A stretch of DNA of 12,707 bases, taken from positions 1 through 12,707 of the forward strand of contig JBMFOP010000087.1 in assembly GCA_049969675.1 (NCBI GenBank). Reading direction: 5' to 3'. A model generated the notes under the pieces. The model saw nothing but the letters and a program-made list of their open reading frames with translations, made no database searches and was not told the origin of the DNA. This document shows, in pieces, positions 8,786 through 12,707 of the stretch (positions are counted from its first letter, which is position 1; each line of letters begins with the position of its first letter). The position numbers were made by a program, and so were the translations under genes. This DNA is from Myxococcota bacterium (GTDB lineage: Bacteria > Myxococcota > SpSt-1050).

Positions 8786-10783
8786 TTACAAAGCCTTTAT
8801 CTGATAAAATATCTGCTCATCATTAAATCCAACCAATTCTATAGATTTTGAGGGACAGGTTGCATTACAGGTACCACATCCCTGACAGAGCCCTGTATTA
8901 ACAGAGGCTACCACTTTAATAAGGTTACCCTTCCTGTCCTTTATCTCCTTTAGGTCTATTGCATTATATGCACAGACCTTCTTACAATAAAAACAACCCA
9001 CACATGTATTTTCATTCACCTTTGCAACTATCGGCTCTCTCTCAAGCATCTCATTCCCGAATAAGACAAGCGCCTTACTTGCAGCCGCCGATGCCATTGC
9101 AACTGACTCAGGTATATCCCTTGGAGATTGACAGGCACCTGCAAGAAAGATTCCACCACTTGAGGATTCTACTGGTCTTAGTTTTGGATGAACCTCGGCG
9201 TAAAAACCATATTTATCATATGGGATGCCGAGGGTCTGTGCCAGTTTAGGCGCCTCGGGCTGAGCAACAATCGCTGTAGCCAGCACAACCATATCAGCCT
9301 CTATTTCCACTGGCATTCCAGATAATGTATCTTCACCCTTTACTATATACTTCCCCTTCTTCTCATAGACCTTTGAGACTCTACCCCTTATATATTTAAC
9401 GTGATCTTCCTCAATTGCCCTTCGTACGAATTCATCATAACCCTTTCCACCCGCCCTTATGTCCATATAAAAGACATAAGCCTCTCCGTCATGCACCTTG
9501 TGTTTATAGAGCATTGCGTGCTTGGCGGTATACATACAACAGATTTTGCTGCAATATTCAAATCCCTTTGAGGGGTCCCTTGAGCCGACACATTGAATGA
9601 ATACAACCTTCTTAGGTTGTCTCTTATCAGAAGGTCTCAATATCTCACCTGCGGTCGGCCCCGAGGCACTTGCAAGCCTTTCAAACTGAAGACCATCTAT
9701 CACATCCTTATACTTTCCATAGCCATACTCTCCATATCCTTTAATCGTAGAATCTTTTGATTTCTTATCAATCTTATAGAGTTTATAGCCAGTAGCAACT
9801 ATTATTGCCCCTACATCCTCAGTGATAAGCTCGTCCTTCTGCTCAAAATCAATCGCATCCCTTCCACAGACCTTCTTGCACATCTGGCATTTTCCTGTCT
9901 TGAAGTATGTACATATGGCCCTGTCTATAACCGGAATATTCGGCACCGCCTGTGGGAATGGGACATAGATAGCCGGCCTATTTGCAAGTCCCTCATCAAA
10001 TTCAGATGGAGCCCTTTTAATCGGGCACTTCTGCACACAGAGACCACAGCCTGTACACAAGTCCTCTTTAACCGAGCGCGCCTTCTTCCTGATAGTAACC
10101 TTGAAATTCCCTATAAAACCATCTACATTTTCAACTTCTGAATATGTATAGAGTTTTATATTCGGATGTTGATATGCCTCTACCATTCGGGGTGTAAGAA
10201 TACATTGAGAGCAATCAAGGGTCGGGAAGGTCTCTGAGAGCTGACTCATATGACCACCAATAGAAGGCTCCTTCTCAACCAGTACCACCTTAAATCCCGC
10301 ACCCGCTATATCAAGCGCCGCCTGAATACCAGATATACCTCCACCAATTACAAGCGCCTTCCTGGTTATAGGAACTTTGATCTCTGAGAGCGGGAAGTTA
10401 AACTTTACCCTCTCCACGGTCATCCTTACTAAATCTATTGCCTTCTTTGTTGCCTCTTCAATATTATCATGCACCCACGAGCAGTGCTCTCTTATATTTG
10501 CAATCTCACACATATAAGGATTGAGCCCTGCGGATGCTACCGCCTTTCTGAAGGTCTTTTCGTGCATATGAGGCGAACAGGAGGCTACTACAACTGCATT
10601 GAGTCTATGCTCGGCTATTGCCTGTTTAATCATATTCTGACCCGGGTCAGAGCACATATATTTATAGTCAATCGCATATACCACATTTGGGAGATTTATC
10701 GCCTCTTTTGCAACTGTCGGGCAATCAACTGTCTTACCAATATTCTCACCACAATGACATACAAATACACCTACTCTCATCAT
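8786..10783 (-). CDS. hdrA: Heterodisulfide reductase subunit A (bifurcating FAD, Fe-S)
   Basis: GVFVCHCG, CSP, NIREHCSWVH, GGGISG FAD motif, FPTLDC, inserted ferredoxin, EYGYG, FERL, QCVGSR, CSKICCMYTAK, C-terminal 2x[4Fe-4S]. Confidence 0.96.
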   Translation of the reverse strand: MMRVGVFVCHCGENIGKTVDCPTVAKEAINLPNVVYAIDYKYMCSDPGQNMIKQAIAEHRLNAVVVASCSPHMHEKTFRKAVASAGLNPYMCEIANIREHCSWVHDNIEEATKKAIDLVRMTVERVKFNFPLSEIKVPITRKALVIGGGISGIQAALDIAGAGFKVVLVEKEPSIGGHMSQLSETFPTLDCSQCILTPRMVEAYQHPNIKLYTYSEVENVDGFIGNFKVTIRKKARSVKEDLCTGCGLCVQKCPIKRAPSEFDEGLANRPAIYVPFPQAVPNIPVIDRAICTYFKTGKCQMCKKVCGRDAIDFEQKDELITEDVGAIIVATGYKLYKIDKKSKDSTIKGYGEYGYGKYKDVIDGLQFERLASASGPTAGEILRPSDKRQPKKVVFIQCVGSRDPSKGFEYCSKICCMYTAKHAMLYKHKVHDGEAYVFYMDIRAGGKGYDEFVRRAIEEDHVKYIRGRVSKVYEKKGKYIVKGEDTLSGMPVEIEADMVVLATAIVAQPEAPKLAQTLGIPYDKYGFYAEVHPKLRPVESSSGGIFLAGACQSPRDIPESVAMASAAASKALVLFGNEMLEREPIVAKVNENTCVGCFYCKKVCAYNAIDLKEIKDRKGNLIKVVASVNTGLCQGCGTCNATCPSKSIELVGFNDEQIFYQIKAL

Positions 10784-10789
10784 ATTTGA

Positions 10790-11674
10790 TTACTCCTTTG
10801 CCACAATTGCAGTAGAAAAACGGGAGAGAACTGACTCTGTATCAATAAAGTGGAGATTCAGTCCCAACGACTCCTTACCAAGCCCCATTGACAACCCTAT
10901 CAACTCTGATAAATAGAAGATGGGGACATTCCTGTGCTCAGCGAATTCTTTTGAAATATTCCTCTGACGCATATCCAGATTTGAATGGCACATCGGACAG
11001 GCAACAATAATCGCCTCAGCCCCATTCTCAACCGCATCATCAATAATTTTCTTTGAGAGCGTTACCACCACATTGGTATTGGTAATAGAATGAGAGGCAC
11101 CACAGCACTCAATCTTAAAGTTCCAATCTACTGGCTCAGCACCGGTAAGCCTTATAATCTCTTCCATTGAGGTCGGCATCTCTGCATCATCAAATTGAGT
11201 AACATCTGGGGGTCGCACTAAAAGACAGCCGTAATATGCTGCGACTTTAAGCCCCTTCAACTCCTTTATCCTCTTCGCCATAAGATGGTCTTTCCCAATC
11301 TTCATAAACATCTCAATCATATTGATAATCTTCACATCGGTCTCAACCTTATCTTCCAGAATCTCCTCTACCTTCTTCCTGATGTCCAAATTATTCTCTA
11401 TCTCATATTTTGCTACAACAAATCTGTTATAGCATGCAGCACAGGGTATGAATATCTCACCCAGCCCCTGCCTCTTTGCAATATTGATATTCCTTGCAGG
11501 CAATGCGATAGAGAGTATGTGATTGGTAGCATGCGCCGATGTCGCACCACAACAGGACCAGTCTTCAATCTCAATCAGATTTATTCCTAACTCAGAAAAT
11601 ACCCTTCTAATAGACTGGTCATACTCCTTCGCAGTCCCTGTAAGTGAACAACCCGGATAGTATCCAATATCCAT
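10790..11674 (-). CDS. hdrB: Heterodisulfide reductase subunit B (two CCG domains)
   Basis: YYPGC...WSCCG...CAAC and YYGC...CCG...CPMC; both non-cubane cluster motifs intact. Confidence 0.95.
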   Translation of the reverse strand: MDIGYYPGCSLTGTAKEYDQSIRRVFSELGINLIEIEDWSCCGATSAHATNHILSIALPARNINIAKRQGLGEIFIPCAACYNRFVVAKYEIENNLDIRKKVEEILEDKVETDVKIINMIEMFMKIGKDHLMAKRIKELKGLKVAAYYGCLLVRPPDVTQFDDAEMPTSMEEIIRLTGAEPVDWNFKIECCGASHSITNTNVVVTLSKKIIDDAVENGAEAIIVACPMCHSNLDMRQRNISKEFAEHRNVPIFYLSELIGLSMGLGKESLGLNLHFIDTESVLSRFSTAIVAKE

Positions 11675-11677
11675 CTC

Positions 11678-12232
11678 TTACTCCTTATTTGCTCTATCAA
11701 ATATCTTCTTAATTACATCTCTATTTTTCGTCCTGTGAGGGATTAATCTAATCTTCCCCTTAAAGAACATCTCGGGTGCAATGTCCATATCCTGAAAGAG
11801 ATTAAATGTTGAAAGTTTATAATCCCTTATCAGTCCAAATTCAAATGCCCTCCCATTTGCCTCAATCTGCTTTAAGAATGCCTTATGGAATTTCAGGATA
11901 TCCTTTCTACTAATCAGCCCTCTCTTTATAGCAATCTCCTTTAAGGCATCCATAAATTTTGCGAGGTCAAAATTTTGTGGGCACCTTGTGGAACAGGTCT
12001 GGCAGCCAGCACACATCCAGATAGTCTCAGATTTTAGGGCATCGTCATCAAGTCCAAGTTGAACAAACCGAACAACCTTATTTGGTGGAACCTTCATAAA
12101 CATTCTTACCGGACAACCAGCAGAACACTTACCACACTGATAACATTTGAGTACATTGGTACCTGTCAATTCTTCTATCTCATCAGCAAGTATCTTATCC
12201 TTCTTTACTTCGGCATTGTTTTGAGATGACAA
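11678..12232 (-). CDS. hdrC: Heterodisulfide reductase subunit C (2x[4Fe-4S])
   Basis: CYQCGKCSAGCP and WMCAGCQTCSTRCP; TTG start preceded by strong SD AGGAGGTG (12244-12237). Confidence 0.94.
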   Translation of the reverse strand: MSSQNNAEVKKDKILADEIEELTGTNVLKCYQCGKCSAGCPVRMFMKVPPNKVVRFVQLGLDDDALKSETIWMCAGCQTCSTRCPQNFDLAKFMDALKEIAIKRGLISRKDILKFHKAFLKQIEANGRAFEFGLIRDYKLSTFNLFQDMDIAPEMFFKGKIRLIPHRTKNRDVIKKIFDRANKE

Positions 12233-12247
12233 GATGCACCTCCTTTT

Positions 12248-12275
12248 AAAAAAAAGACCACCTCTCAGAGGTGGT
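12248..12275 (-). terminator. Intrinsic terminator/attenuator-like hairpin inside the hdrC 5' leader
   Basis: Minus strand ACCACCTC-TGA-GAGGTGGT (perfect 8-bp stem), then C and T8, ending 3 nt before the hdrC SD. Confidence 0.75.
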
Positions 12276-12351
12276 TTATCAATTTATAAATCTTGATCTT
12301 TTCATAACAATTCATCTGAATACTACCATTAACTCACAAATCTTCCTCCCC
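12265..12351 (-). other. Putative leader-peptide region (SD plus chained uORFs; last is MNCYEKIKIYKLINHL, 12315-12265)
   Basis: SD GGGGAGG at 12351-12345 with no long ORF behind it; the 16-codon ORF stops exactly in the loop of the leader hairpin. Confidence 0.4.
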
Positions 12352-12367
12352 TTTAATTGTAGGAAAA

Positions 12368-12397
12368 ATCCTATACCATTCTTACGCATTGTGTCAA
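12368..12397 (-). promoter_or_regulatory. Putative sigma70-type promoter of the hdr-flx-hyd operon
   Basis: Minus strand TTGACA (12397-12392), 16 nt, extended -10 TGgTATAGG (or 18 nt to TAGGAT). Confidence 0.6.
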
Positions 12398-12567
12398 ACA
12401 AAAATGTAGATATTTTAATAAAAAATTGCAAAACATCAAAATGGAATGGAAGAGCAATAAAATCTTAAAGGAAAACATTAGCTTCTTTTCTACAGCACAT
12501 AAGTATTCACAATTTATTTTGTCTTACACGATGCTAAATCAGTAGAATAGACGCATCCCATTTTATA

Positions 12568-12616
12568 TGGACTATAAACTATGGATTGTGGACTATGGAA
12601 TGCGGACCGTGGTCTA
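12568..12616 (+). repeat. Degenerate heptanucleotide tandem repeat, 7 units, consensus TGGACTA
   Basis: tggacta taaacta tggattg tggacta tggaatg cggaccg tggtcta. Confidence 0.75.
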
Positions 12617-12707
12617 CGACATAAAATACAAAATTATCCTAAGTTATACCCCGTGATATAGTATCATTTTTTCAATGCGAAATGAACTGCCACAATCTTC
12701 TCAAATG

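Noticed and set aside
8325..10783. Selenocysteine in HdrA or MvhD
   Set aside because: The relevant positions (TLDC, CNWC, GCH) are Cys codons and there is no in-frame TGA
1308..11590. Many 60-106 aa ORFs on the plus strand or in alternative minus frames in the ORF track
   Set aside because: All overlap well-conserved genes and show no recognisable motifs; shadow ORFs
12271..12468. 65-aa plus-strand ORF in the upstream region
   Set aside because: Its start codon lies inside the leader hairpin, it has no recognisable domain, and it is antisense to the promoter and leader
12568..12616. CRISPR array or iterons
   Set aside because: Units are 7 bp with no spacers; no cas or rep genes
12677..12692. 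Sigma54-like TGGCAG...TTCGC on the minus strand
   Set aside because: GG-to-GC spacing is 11 nt rather than the required 10

Overview
Low-GC anaerobic-bacterial window dominated by one ~11 kb minus-strand operon of 12 tightly packed genes. The order is hdrC-hdrB-hdrA-mvhD(flxD)-flxC-flxB-flxA, then a stand-alone response-regulator receiver, then hydB-hydG-hydD-hydA (cytoplasmic group 3b [NiFe] hydrogenase), ending at an intrinsic terminator at ~1166-1201. This joins an Hdr-Flx flavin-based electron-bifurcation module to an NAD(P)-coupled hydrogenase. The ~130 nt leader of the operon is unusual. It has a sigma70-like promoter, a strong Shine-Dalgarno (SD) feeding chained mini-ORFs, and a perfect 8-bp hairpin plus U8 tract directly in front of the hdrC SD, which looks like a transcription attenuator. 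At the left edge is the 5' part of a probable lipoprotein with exact 95-aa PKD/Ig-like repeats, missed by the ORF track. A degenerate 7-bp tandem repeat lies near the right edge.
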